Origin: an uncultured delta proteobacterium
GTDB taxonomy: Bacteria; Myxococcota_A; Polyangia; Haliangiales; Haliangiaceae
Length of the DNA: 64,000 bases
Direction: 5' to 3'
Assembly: GCA_963848295.1 (NCBI GenBank)
Contig: CAWKDB010000010.1
Location: forward strand, 1,216,001 to 1,280,000
A program made the translations under genes and the position numbers. Below, one piece after another: positions 43,246 through 52,588 of the stretch (positions within the stretch are counted from its first letter, which is position 1; every line of letters begins with the position of its first letter). The notes beneath the pieces were generated by a model. The model did no database searches and had not been told where the DNA came from. It saw nothing but the letters and a program-made list of their open reading frames with translations.

Positions 43246-43997
43246 AGCGTCCCGATCTGCTTGTAGATCCCGAGCTCGCTGAAGATCACGTGCGAGTTGA
43301 CATCGCGATCGAGCCAAATCAGCGGGGTCCGCTTGTCGCCCTTCACCCACGCCGCGGTCATCGCGTCGCCTTGATGCGTATCGACGAGCCGGAGCTCGCC
43401 GGTCTTCGCCGTATACACCGAGCCGGCGCTGTCGATCGCGGTGTCGAGCAGGTCGACCTGCTTCATCGCGCCCTTCTTGCCGACGAACAACCGCACGCCT
43501 TTGCCGCCGACCAGCTGATCGACGTAGTAGTAGACCGCCGACTCGTCGCGCGCGAGGAACCTCGGCCGGCGTCCGAGCAGCTCGGTCATCAGCACGTGCT
43601 TGTCGAGCGCTTGCTTCGCACGATCGCCGGTCAACAGCGTTAGCTGAGCAGTCTCGATTTCGTCGCTGCACCACCGCTCGTACGTGTTGGCTTCGGTCCG
43701 CCGCAGCAAGCCAGGCTGCATCCTCGACAGGCGCGGCGACCACGCGTCGATCTGCCACGCATCGCCGTTCGCCACGGTGCCAGTCACCCATTGCTCGTAG
43801 AGCTCTTTGCCGGTGCCGTACCACAGGCGCGAGGTTTTCCCGTGGATGAACACGTACAGCCCGCCCTTGGCATCTTGCGCGACCTGGAGCTGATCGCGGA
43901 TCGGCTTGATGTCGATCGGCTGGGGCTTGGGATCGGCGGCCGCGACCCCGGCGAATAACCCGATCACCATCGCGAGCGAGGCAAGTGATGCGCGCAT
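43230..43997 (-). CDS. Secreted hypothetical protein, paralog B
   Basis: Signal peptide; shares LARD...YY.VDQL, G.KGAMK, W.KGDKRTPL and ELGIY...GT.CDD with paralog A. Confidence 0.7.
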   Translation of the reverse strand: MRASLASLAMVIGLFAGVAAADPKPQPIDIKPIRDQLQVAQDAKGGLYVFIHGKTSRLWYGTGKELYEQWVTGTVANGDAWQIDAWSPRLSRMQPGLLRRTEANTYERWCSDEIETAQLTLLTGDRAKQALDKHVLMTELLGRRPRFLARDESAVYYYVDQLVGGKGVRLFVGKKGAMKQVDLLDTAIDSAGSVYTAKTGELRLVDTHQGDAMTAAWVKGDKRTPLIWLDRDVNSHVIFSELGIYKQIGTLCDDL

Positions 43998-44023
43998 GCG
44001 TGTGGCATTATACGCTCGGGGCA

Positions 44024-45775
44024 ATGGAGAATTCACCGACGCGCTCTGCGATCGATGTCGGGTCGGTGATCGCCGATACCTACACGATCGAAGGCGTCAT
44101 CGGCCGCGGTGGCATGGGCGCGGTGTTCCTCGCGAGCCACAAGCGCCTTCCCGGCAAGAAGGTCGCGATCAAGATGCTGCACGCCGACATGGGCGACGCC
44201 GAGACGCTCAAACGGTTCGAGCACGAGGCCCAGATCGCGTCGCGGCTCGGTCACCCAAATATCGTCGCGGTCCACGACTTCAACACGCTGCCCGACGGCA
44301 CGCCGTACATCGTGCTCGAGTATCTCGAGGGCGAGACCCTCGGCCAGCGCCTGCGCAGCGGCCCGATCCCACTCGAGCAAGCGCTATCGATCGTCCGCCA
44401 GATCGGCTCGGCGCTCGCCGCGGCGCATCGCGAGGGCATCGTCCATCGCGATCTCAAGCCGGCGAACATCTTCCTGGTCCCGACCGAGGTCGATGGCCGG
44501 ATCATCGAGATCGCGAAGGTCTTGGATTTCGGCATCTCGAAGATCCGCGGTTCGCAGACGGTGAAGACGCAAGAGAGCTCGCTGCTCGGCACGCCGCAGT
44601 ACATGGCGCCCGAGCAGGCGACCGGTCAGCACTCGACGGTCGACGAGCGGACCGACGTGTTCGCGCTCGGCGCGATCGTCTACGAGATGTTGTGCGGCCA
44701 CCCCGCATTCACCGGCGCGTCGATCCCCGAGGTCGTGTTCAAGGTGGTCTACGAACAGCCACCGCCGCTCGCCCAAGAAGCGCCATCGCTGCCGCCGTCG
44801 ATCGCGCTGACCGTGCAGCAGGCAATGGCGAAGCAAGCGAGCGAGCGGTTCGCGAACGTCAACGCGTTCGTCGAAGCGCTGACCGGCCAATCGGTTTCGC
44901 TCGTGCGCGCTGCCGTACCTCCGCCCGACGTGGGGTTCGCGGCCGGTTCGCACCTGCGCGGCAAGGAAGCGTTCGCGGAGACGATGGGCTCTGGCGATCA
45001 CGGCGCCGCGATCACCGGCGCCGTCGCGCAGACCGCCGCGCCGGTCGCGTCGGTCCGAGGCAGCGCGCCGACGATGCAGTCGCAGAACGGGGCGCCCGCG
45101 CCGGCGATCGCCGCCCCGCGCAAGAGATCGATCGTGCCGAAGCTGCTCGCCGCCGTCGTCATCGCGGGTGGCGCGGCAGCGGCGGTGTTCTTCGCGACCC
45201 GCGGCAGCGACCATCGCGATACAAAGACCGCGAGGGGCGAGCGGTTCGACAGGCTCGACAAAGAAGATCGCAAGGCCGAGATCCCGGTCGAGGTCGAGAG
45301 GCACGAGCCGAAGCCGCCGGCGTCGCGCGATGCCGGTGTCGTCGCAATTGCCGATGCGGACGTCGTCGCGGTCGCCAAGCCCGATGCCGGGGTCGTGGCC
45401 GCGAAGCCGGTCGTCACGGTCGATAAGAAATCGGTCTCGAAGCCCGATATCGGTGCCGCGAAGAAACCAGCGGACGAAGACGAGCAAGACAATGACAAGG
45501 ACGAGCTCGGTCAACTGCTCGAGCGCAGCGAGAAGGCGCTCAAACAGCACGACTACCGCAACGCCGAGCAATGGGCGAACTCGGTGCTCAACCGCTCGAC
45601 GCTGCCTCGGCAACAACTCCGCGCCCACCTCCAACTCGGACTGATCGCGTGCGCCAAGGCCGATCAGGGCGGTGCGCAGGTTCAACTCCGCGCGATCGGG
45701 AATCATATCGTGATGCGCCGCAAGGTGCTCAACGCGTGTCACGAGGCAGATCTCCTGAAGGGCCTCGACCACTAG
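44024..45775 (+). CDS. Membrane-anchored Ser/Thr protein kinase
   Basis: GRGGMG, VAIK, HRDLKPAN, DFG, GTPQYMAPE; single TM helix followed by an extracytoplasmic domain. Confidence 0.95.
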   Translation: MENSPTRSAIDVGSVIADTYTIEGVIGRGGMGAVFLASHKRLPGKKVAIKMLHADMGDAETLKRFEHEAQIASRLGHPNIVAVHDFNTLPDGTPYIVLEYLEGETLGQRLRSGPIPLEQALSIVRQIGSALAAAHREGIVHRDLKPANIFLVPTEVDGRIIEIAKVLDFGISKIRGSQTVKTQESSLLGTPQYMAPEQATGQHSTVDERTDVFALGAIVYEMLCGHPAFTGASIPEVVFKVVYEQPPPLAQEAPSLPPSIALTVQQAMAKQASERFANVNAFVEALTGQSVSLVRAAVPPPDVGFAAGSHLRGKEAFAETMGSGDHGAAITGAVAQTAAPVASVRGSAPTMQSQNGAPAPAIAAPRKRSIVPKLLAAVVIAGGAAAAVFFATRGSDHRDTKTARGERFDRLDKEDRKAEIPVEVERHEPKPPASRDAGVVAIADADVVAVAKPDAGVVAAKPVVTVDKKSVSKPDIGAAKKPADEDEQDNDKDELGQLLERSEKALKQHDYRNAEQWANSVLNRSTLPRQQLRAHLQLGLIACAKADQGGAQVQLRAIGNHIVMRRKVLNACHEADLLKGLDH

Positions 45776-46191
45776 TGGATCATCAAGACGACGCGACGCT
45801 CGGCTGCAGGGCTCGCGATCGTGAGGTCGACGTAGCGGCCCTTCGCGCCCGCGGCTGATGCGACCTCGGCGAGCGCGACTCTCGGATCGATGGTGCGCTG
45901 ATCGTCGACCGTAGCGATCCGCTCGTCACTGCGCAGGCGGAGCAGCGCGACGAGGTCGCTCGGCGTCGCCGCCGATGCGGCATCGATCACCGTCGCCGAT
46001 GGCCCCCGTGCGCGCGGCCACAGTACGTGCCGGCCCGCCGACGCCCGCAGCGATCGGACCGCACCACGATCCGGCGGCGCCGCCGACCGGGAGCACGCCG
46101 CGGCCGGCGAGACCTGAATCACGACCGCCGGTCGCATCGCGATGACGACGAAACACGCGGCGAGCAGCCCGAGCGCGAACGAGCGAAACAT
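45772..46191 (-). CDS. Hypothetical membrane/secreted protein with PDZ-like C-terminus
   Basis: Hydrophobic N-terminus; LRSDERIATVDD...YVDLTI resembles a PDZ fragment. Confidence 0.5.
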   Translation of the reverse strand: MFRSFALGLLAACFVVIAMRPAVVIQVSPAAACSRSAAPPDRGAVRSLRASAGRHVLWPRARGPSATVIDAASAATPSDLVALLRLRSDERIATVDDQRTIDPRVALAEVASAAGAKGRYVDLTIASPAAERRVVLMIH

Positions 46192-46286
46192 CAGCATGCC
46201 TCGGGTGGGTTGCAACGCTCCGGCCAAGCCGGGCATAGCCGAATCGCGCGGTTATCGTCGGAGGCGCACGGTCGCGCTGCCAGGCT

Positions 46287-46348
46287 GGGTGGTGTCCTAA
46301 TTTGAAATTGTCATCGTGGCACGGCGAAATCAAATTAGGACACCACCC
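46287..46348. repeat. Perfect 19-bp inverted repeat with 24-nt spacer downstream of bfr
   Basis: GGGTGGTGTCCTAATTTGA (46287-46305) / TCAAATTAGGACACCACCC (46330-46348). Confidence 0.9.
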
Positions 46349-46368
46349 CAGGCTGACACGCGGCGCCG

Positions 46369-46839
46369 TTACTTGTGCACTTGCTGCGCGAGGTAGTTCT
46401 GCTCGCCGATCTGGCGGATCAGCTCGAGCTGGCTCTCGATCCAGTCGGTGTGCTCCTCTTCGGACACCAGGATCTTCGTCATCATCGACTCGGTCGAGTT
46501 GTCGTGCGCCGCGCGCGCTGCGTCGATGCCCTGGTTGAGGAACTGGATCGCCGAGTACTCGAGCGCGAGGTCGCTCTCGAGCTGCTCCTTGACCGTCTCG
46601 CCGACGCGCAGCTTGCCGTAGCGCTGGAGGTTCGGGACGCCCTCGAGGAACAGGATCCGGGTGATGACGATATCGGCGTGGCGCATCTCGTCGATCGACT
46701 CGTCGCGCAGCTTCGCGGCGAGCCGGTCGTAACCCCAGTTCGCCAGCATCTTCGAGTGCACGAAGTACTGGTTGATCGCGGTCAGCTCGTTCGTGAGGAG
46801 CTGATTCAACAGATCGAGGATCGCTTCGTTACCCTTCAT
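46369..46839 (-). CDS. bfr: Bacterioferritin
   Basis: MKG...ELTAINQYF.H, ESIDEMRHAD, RILFLEG.PNLQ, EEEH.DW. Confidence 0.97.
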   Translation of the reverse strand: MKGNEAILDLLNQLLTNELTAINQYFVHSKMLANWGYDRLAAKLRDESIDEMRHADIVITRILFLEGVPNLQRYGKLRVGETVKEQLESDLALEYSAIQFLNQGIDAARAAHDNSTESMMTKILVSEEEHTDWIESQLELIRQIGEQNYLAQQVHK

Positions 46840-46881
46840 GCGGGCGCGAGCGTACCACCATCGCGATCAGCACCGAACGGC

Positions 46882-47097
46882 TCAACGACCGCCGAGCGTG
46901 ACCAGCTCGTTGCCGCGATCGCGCGGACAACCAGCGGCACCCTTCGACGCCAACCGCTCGCGTAGCGCGCCGACACACGCACCGCAGCCGGTCCCGGCGC
47001 CGCAGCGCTGCGAGATTTCCTGGACGGTCCGCGCACCCTCGTCGATGATCGCGTCGACATCGCGATCCGAGATGGGATGACAGACGCACAAGATCAT
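46882..47097 (-). CDS. bfd: Bacterioferritin-associated [2Fe-2S] ferredoxin
   Basis: MILCVCH...GAGTGCGAC; directly upstream of bfr. Confidence 0.9.
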   Translation of the reverse strand: MILCVCHPISDRDVDAIIDEGARTVQEISQRCGAGTGCGACVGALRERLASKGAAGCPRDRGNELVTLGGR

Positions 47098-47104
47098 CTT
47101 GAAT

Positions 47105-47136
47105 TTGATAATGCATTTCAAAACTGCTTTGGTCAA
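47105..47136 (-). promoter_or_regulatory. bfd-bfr promoter (TTGACC-N17-CATTAT) overlapped by a Fur box at 47105-47121
   Basis: TTGATAATGCATTTCAA is an AT-rich 7-1-7-type inverted repeat in GC-rich DNA. Confidence 0.8.
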
Positions 47137-47209
47137 GCCCGATCCGGGCGTCACGCAACCTTACGATTTTATGAGGAGATCTAGTCAGGCGCGGCGTTAT
47201 ACTCGCCGA

Positions 47210-48061
47210 GTGTTTCGGCTCGCGCTGGTGCTCGTGCTCGTCGCGTGCAGTAAGCGCGCGGTGCCGGCGATCGTCGAAGCGCCCGGCATCACCGTCACGA
47301 AGCTCGGCGCCGAGCCGCGGCGCACGCTCGTCTATCACCCGGTCAAAGGCGCGCACGCCGCGCTCGAGCTCGTCGTCGAGATGAGCCTGCACGCCGGCGA
47401 GCTCGGTGGCCCGCCGCTCACGATGATCGTGCAGCTCGAGACCGCCGCCGATGACGTGCTCGCCGACGGACGGATCAAGCTGCGCACCAAGGTCGATAGC
47501 GCCGCGCTGCGCGATCCGCCGGCCGAGCTGCCGCCGGATACGCAACACGCGGTCGACCAGCTCGCCGGCATCGCGATCACCGCGACGCTGTCGCCCGACG
47601 GCAAGATCGACGAGCCGCAGCTCGACGTCGCGGGAAAGACGTTGCCGCCCGGCGCCGACGAGCAGATGCGCGCGATCCTCGACGGCTACGAGCAGGTCGC
47701 GATGGTGTTGCCACACGCGCCGATCGGCGTGGGCGCCCAGTGGAAGAGCACGCGGACGATCGCGCAGGGAGGGCTGACGATGACCGCCACCACGACGGTC
47801 GGATTGTCCGCGCTCGACGGCAATCGCGCGACCTATGCGATCGCGACCGAGATCACCGGCGTCGACCAGACGGTCGGCAGCGGCGACACGGCGATCGCGG
47901 TGAGCGGCATCCACGGCACCGGCACCGGCACCGGCTCGATCGACCTGACCACGCTCGCGATGTCAGGCGATCTCGCGACAACGGTCGAGAGCACGATGAC
48001 CGCGCAGGGTCAGCCCGAGAAGATGTCGATGTCGGTGCACCGGACGTTCAAGACGCCTTAG
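47210..48061 (+). CDS. Hypothetical beta-rich lipoprotein
   Basis: LVAC lipobox; GAEPRR.L.Y and LP..PIGVGA.W motifs. Confidence 0.7.
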   Translation: MFRLALVLVLVACSKRAVPAIVEAPGITVTKLGAEPRRTLVYHPVKGAHAALELVVEMSLHAGELGGPPLTMIVQLETAADDVLADGRIKLRTKVDSAALRDPPAELPPDTQHAVDQLAGIAITATLSPDGKIDEPQLDVAGKTLPPGADEQMRAILDGYEQVAMVLPHAPIGVGAQWKSTRTIAQGGLTMTATTTVGLSALDGNRATYAIATEITGVDQTVGSGDTAIAVSGIHGTGTGTGSIDLTTLAMSGDLATTVESTMTAQGQPEKMSMSVHRTFKTP

Positions 48062-48229
48062 CTTCTCGCCATCGACTCGCGCGCGGTGTCACGCGCGTGT
48101 AACCGCGGGCGTTCGAACGGACGACCGAGATTCGCGACACCACCGTCCGGATCGCCGCCCGAATCAGCGGATCGGCCGGCTCTGATCGCGGAGTTGCCGC
48201 GTGGCACGAGCGTTGCGATACGGCTTGCG

Positions 48230-48529
48230 ATGCGATCGCTTGTCCTTGTTCTCTGCGCTGCCTGCACCTCCTCCAACCCCACGCCTACGCCGCTCGAAGG
48301 CGCGATCTCTTGCGGCCCCACGTTGACCTGTGGCAGCGGCCAGATCTGCTTCAGCAAAGAGTCGGGCAGTCTGTGCGACGTAAACGCCGACGCGGGGATC
48401 GGCCAGTACCAGGATTTCGGATGGACCTGCGAGAGTCTCCCCGCAGAGTGCGATGGAGTCACTCGGGACTGCTTTCCGGGCGCGGACGTGTCGAACGACG
48501 GGCGTTACGTCACCGACCTTTGCATCTAA
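48230..48529 (+). CDS. Small Cys-rich lipoprotein
   Basis: MRSLVLVLCAAC lipobox; eight further Cys residues in 99 aa. Confidence 0.6.
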   Translation: MRSLVLVLCAACTSSNPTPTPLEGAISCGPTLTCGSGQICFSKESGSLCDVNADAGIGQYQDFGWTCESLPAECDGVTRDCFPGADVSNDGRYVTDLCI

Positions 48530-48548
48530 CGAACGCTCACGAGCGGCA

Positions 48549-49037
48549 TCACGGCGCGCAGAGTGCGCCGTACTTCTTGCAGCTGCCGCCCGCGATCTCG
48601 TCGCAATGATGGTGCAACCCATCGGCGACGTCGAACATGCACGCGCTCGCCGGCGCGCACGCCGCGGCCCACGCGAGGCACTTGCCCTCGACAGGACTCG
48701 AGCATCGCTTGTAGCTGTGATCCACCGGATCGAACATGCATGCGCCCTCCGGCGTGCACGGCGCGCCGAAGTGAAAGCACGCTCCGGCGCCGCCGGCGAG
48801 GCACTTGAAGTAGCCCGCCGCTCCGGCGTGAAAAGCGCACGTCGGTGTCGCGCAGCCGATGTCGGGCAGAGCGGCGGCGATCACCGTCGCGGGCTTCATC
48901 GCCTTCGCGGGCTTCGCGACCGCCTTGGGCGCCGCGGCGATCACCGGAGGTGACGTGCGTTTGGCCTCAGGAGCGGCGCCGCCGCACGCGATCGTGACCA
49001 GCCCGAGAGCGAGGACAATCACGGCGATCCGCTGCAC
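48549..49037 (-). CDS. Cys-rich repeat lipoprotein
   Basis: TIAC lipobox; internal repeat CMFD......C.....G.C......C.P. Confidence 0.7.
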   Translation of the reverse strand: MQRIAVIVLALGLVTIACGGAAPEAKRTSPPVIAAAPKAVAKPAKAMKPATVIAAALPDIGCATPTCAFHAGAAGYFKCLAGGAGACFHFGAPCTPEGACMFDPVDHSYKRCSSPVEGKCLAWAAACAPASACMFDVADGLHHHCDEIAGGSCKKYGALCAP

Positions 49038-49109
49038 CGGTCGGTTATAGCCCGGGTTGCACCGAAATCACCTGGGACCGCCAAGCCCACTTCGTGTAGG
49101 TTCGCCGCG

Positions 49110-51053
49110 ATGAAGGCCGCAGCATTTGTCGTTGCGATCGGAGCCGTGGCTGCCTGCAACGGCGACGTATCGCTCCCGATCAAAGCCGAGTGCAACCCGC
49201 TCGGCGGCAACCACTGCCTGACGCCTTGGCCGAGCTCCGCGTACGAGGTCGCCGACGCGACCACGATGACCGGTCGCCACCTCGCGATTCCGATGGGCGC
49301 GTTGCCGAAGAACTTCGAAGGCGATCCGTCCGATCCGGCGATGTGGAACCTCGCGGACGGATTCTCGCCCGCCGCGCCGATCGTGCTGTCGATGGACAGT
49401 GGGTTCTCGGTCGAGGGTTTGCCGACGCTCGACGATTACGACCCGTCACTCGCGGCGGATAGCCCGACCGTGATCCTCGACATGACGACGGGCGAGCGCG
49501 TGCCTCACTTCGCCGAGATCGATTCGCAGGCGACCGAGCTCGATCAACAGGCGCTGTTCCTGCGTCCCGCGATGCGTCTGACCAGCGGCCATCGCTACGC
49601 GGTCGCGTTGACGAAGGCGGTCAAGGCCGCCGATGGCAGCGATCTCGTGATCCCGCCGGGGTTCGCCGCGCTGCGCGACGGCAAGCACACCGATAACGCG
49701 TTGCTCGAGGCGATGCGTCCGCGGTTCGGCGACGTGCTGTCCGCGCTGTCGGCCGCAGGGTACGACGCCTCGGATCTCGTCGTCGCGTGGGACTTCACGG
49801 TCGCGTCCGATGACTTCTTGCACCGCGAGATGATCGCGACCCGCGATCGCACGATCGCCGCGCTCGCTACCCACCCGATCGGCTACACGATCACGGTCGA
49901 TCAGCCGATCGACGACGGCATGATGATCAAGCGCAAGATCATCGGCACGCTCGATGCCCCGTTGTTCTTGTCGAACGGCGGCAGCGTCGATCCCGGCACG
50001 GTGATGGTGCTCGACGCCGATGGCCTGCCGACGGTGCAGGGCTTCTATCAGATTCCGTTCACCGCGATCGTTCCAGCGTGCGCGTACACGTCGCCGACGC
50101 CGGTCGGCATGGTGATGTACGGCCACGGCCTGCTCGGCGATTCGACCGAGACCGCGGACAGCGTGCAGCAGACCACCGCGATCGAGCTGTGCAACGTGTT
50201 CGTGGGCACCGACATGCGCGGGATGTCGCAGAACGACACCGCAGCAGTCGGCCGCGCGCTCAACGAGATCGATCGCGCCGACGAAGTGATGGAGGTGCTC
50301 GAGCAGGGCATCGCGAATCACGTCACGCTCGAGACCGCGATGCGCACGACGTTCGCGCAGACGCTGTTCGTCGATGCGGCGAACGCGAACAAGGTGCTCG
50401 TCGATCCGACGATCGTCAACTACTACGGGCTGTCGCAGGGCGGCATCCTCGGCACGTCGGTGATGGCGTACGACCCGACGATCATGCGAGCGGTGCTCGG
50501 CGTCGGCGCGGCGAACTATTCGATGCTGCTAGATCGCTCGGCCGACTGGCCGCAGTACCGCGAGATCTTGAACGGCGGTTACCCCGACGCGCTCGACGAC
50601 ACGATGGCGATCAGCTTGTTCCAGATGCGGTGGGACAAGACCGAAGCCTCGGGCATCTCGAACAGCGTGCTCGCGGGCACCGAGACCGGCGTGCCGCCGA
50701 AGCAGCTGCTCATGCAGATCGCGCTGTCCGACGAGCAGGTCCCGAACATCGGCAGCTACTGGCAGGCGCGGACGATGGGCATTCCGGTGCTCGGCCCGAC
50801 GCCGTTCACGCCATGGGGGCTGTCGGTGCAGCCGACGCCGCTCGCCGGCGGCAGCGCGATGATCATCATGGACGGCGGCGCCCCACCCGCGCCGATCACG
50901 AACATCCCGGCGCCGATGCAGGACCCGAGCATGCACGACCTGACGCGGACGCAACCGGCGACGCGGCGCCAGATCAAGGACTTCTTCACGACCGGCGCGA
51001 TCGTGAACGAGTGCACCGGCGCGTGCGAATGTCAGAGCGGCGCGTGCAACTGA
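49110..51053 (+). CDS. Alpha/beta-hydrolase (lipase-like) lipoprotein
   Basis: VAAC lipobox; N-terminal P.PS/DGFSP extracellular-lipase-type domain; YGHGLLG oxyanion motif; GLSQGG nucleophile elbow. Confidence 0.8.
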   Translation: MKAAAFVVAIGAVAACNGDVSLPIKAECNPLGGNHCLTPWPSSAYEVADATTMTGRHLAIPMGALPKNFEGDPSDPAMWNLADGFSPAAPIVLSMDSGFSVEGLPTLDDYDPSLAADSPTVILDMTTGERVPHFAEIDSQATELDQQALFLRPAMRLTSGHRYAVALTKAVKAADGSDLVIPPGFAALRDGKHTDNALLEAMRPRFGDVLSALSAAGYDASDLVVAWDFTVASDDFLHREMIATRDRTIAALATHPIGYTITVDQPIDDGMMIKRKIIGTLDAPLFLSNGGSVDPGTVMVLDADGLPTVQGFYQIPFTAIVPACAYTSPTPVGMVMYGHGLLGDSTETADSVQQTTAIELCNVFVGTDMRGMSQNDTAAVGRALNEIDRADEVMEVLEQGIANHVTLETAMRTTFAQTLFVDAANANKVLVDPTIVNYYGLSQGGILGTSVMAYDPTIMRAVLGVGAANYSMLLDRSADWPQYREILNGGYPDALDDTMAISLFQMRWDKTEASGISNSVLAGTETGVPPKQLLMQIALSDEQVPNIGSYWQARTMGIPVLGPTPFTPWGLSVQPTPLAGGSAMIIMDGGAPPAPITNIPAPMQDPSMHDLTRTQPATRRQIKDFFTTGAIVNECTGACECQSGACN

Positions 51054-51055
51054 TC

Positions 51056-51355
51056 GTGCGTGCGCCGATCGCCTTCGCGTTGCTGTTCGCGTGCAGTTCC
51101 GCCGCGCCGCCGGCCGCCGCACCTGCGCCGAAAGCGCGCGTCGTCAAGCAGCTCGAGGTCAGCGCGCATCACGGCCACGCGTGTCAGACCCAGGCCGACT
51201 GCGCTCCCGATGCGGTGTGCGGGACGACCCAGATCTGTCGCCAGCGCTGCGACCCTGACCACGACATGTGCGCCGGCGACGGCCACGCCGCGAGCCGGCA
51301 ATGCGAAGCGACCGGCAGCGGCGGGCTATGCGAGCTCGCCGGCGCCGGCGAATAA
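51056..51355 (+). CDS. Small Cys-rich lipoprotein
   Basis: LFAC lipobox; C....DC.....C......C...C pattern. Confidence 0.6.
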   Translation: MRAPIAFALLFACSSAAPPAAAPAPKARVVKQLEVSAHHGHACQTQADCAPDAVCGTTQICRQRCDPDHDMCAGDGHAASRQCEATGSGGLCELAGAGE

Positions 51356-51378
51356 CGCACCTGATCGCAGAGGGTTAA

Positions 51379-51448
51379 CTGGGGACGGAGTAACCTTTGA
51401 CAACCTTCTCACGGCGGAGAAAGTTGACAAAAGTCACTCCGTCTCCGC
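51379..51448. repeat. 28-bp REP-like repeat pair in inverted orientation (51379-51406, 51421-51448)
   Basis: Forms an imperfect ~30-bp stem between convergent genes; same consensus as the other pairs. Confidence 0.8.
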
Positions 51449-51449
51449 A

Positions 51450-52511
51450 CTACCGGACGGTGACGCCGGCCGGTTGAGAGCAGGCGTCGTTCGGCTGATA
51501 GATGATGCCGGCTTCGAGGGTGGGCGCGCTCGCGCTGGGGTCGGTCGGTTGCAAGTCGTACGACGCGGTGACTTGCACGCCCCAGTTGCAGCTCGGCTTG
51601 TAGGTCGCCGATGCCCAGAGCGGGACCGTGAAGTCGCCTTCGATCGGGCCCGGTTTGGAGATAGAGCTCGGCGTCGGCGTGAACTGGTTGAGGATGTACA
51701 TGTCGCCCCCGATGCCCGAGCCGAACGCGAGCGCGACATCGTGCAGCGGGATGCGATAGCCGGCGCGCAGCTCTGCACCGAAGTGGAGCGCATCGATATT
51801 CGTCGCTTGGCCGCCGACATTACCGGCGATGGTGCCCGCGCCCCAGTGGGTATCGCCCGCGATCACGATGTGCCGGCGCTCGAGCCCACCGCTGTAGTAG
51901 AAGCCGGTGAACTGCGTGCCTTGCAGCGCGTAGCGCGCAGGATCGGTGCCGACGAAGGTCGCGGTCCCGATCTCGCCCGCACGCCACGTCGAGTATGCCC
52001 CGAGCACCTGAGTGAACCCGTTCGGCGCCGCGGCGGTGCCGAGCAACGCCGGATCGCTGATCGCGAGGCGACCGTCGACAAACCGCGGGCCGAGCGCCGG
52101 GATCTCGATGTCTCCTTCGTACGGCGTGCAACCGGGCGCCGAGATCGTGACGTGGTGGTGGCCCGACGAGCCCACGACGTAGCCCTCGTCAGTCGGCACC
52201 CAGCCTTCGATCGGGTTGCCGTGCTTGGTGTAGCCGACCGTCGCGTTGACGCCGTTGAGACCGACCGCGTTGGCGCGGGTGCCATCGACCACGACGGCGA
52301 GCCCCTCGTCAGCGGTCGCGAAGTAGTCGGCACACGATAGGCTGACTCGGAGGTTGCCGCCGAACGCGGCGGGCGAGTACGAGCCCGCGAACGACTGTAC
52401 GAGCGGCGACTGGGTCGGATCGGGAGGCGCAGCCGCGGTCTCCGAGGGTTGGGCCGCGGCGACCGAGCTGACCAGGCCGACGACGGTGACGACGAGACGG
52501 TTGATTCGCAT
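51450..52511 (-). CDS. Secreted hypothetical protein (PEGA-like domain plus possible beta-barrel)
   Basis: Signal peptide; V.VDG...GHHHVTISAPG PEGA-like motif; alternating beta-strands in the C-terminal half. Confidence 0.6.
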   Translation of the reverse strand: MRINRLVVTVVGLVSSVAAAQPSETAAAPPDPTQSPLVQSFAGSYSPAAFGGNLRVSLSCADYFATADEGLAVVVDGTRANAVGLNGVNATVGYTKHGNPIEGWVPTDEGYVVGSSGHHHVTISAPGCTPYEGDIEIPALGPRFVDGRLAISDPALLGTAAAPNGFTQVLGAYSTWRAGEIGTATFVGTDPARYALQGTQFTGFYYSGGLERRHIVIAGDTHWGAGTIAGNVGGQATNIDALHFGAELRAGYRIPLHDVALAFGSGIGGDMYILNQFTPTPSSISKPGPIEGDFTVPLWASATYKPSCNWGVQVTASYDLQPTDPSASAPTLEAGIIYQPNDACSQPAGVTVR

Positions 52512-52588
52512 GTGTGGACCATGCGAATCGCGCCGTGCGCCACCGTTGCGTTGGTGTTGCGCTGTTTAAAGCGCCAACAGCGCCGTGA

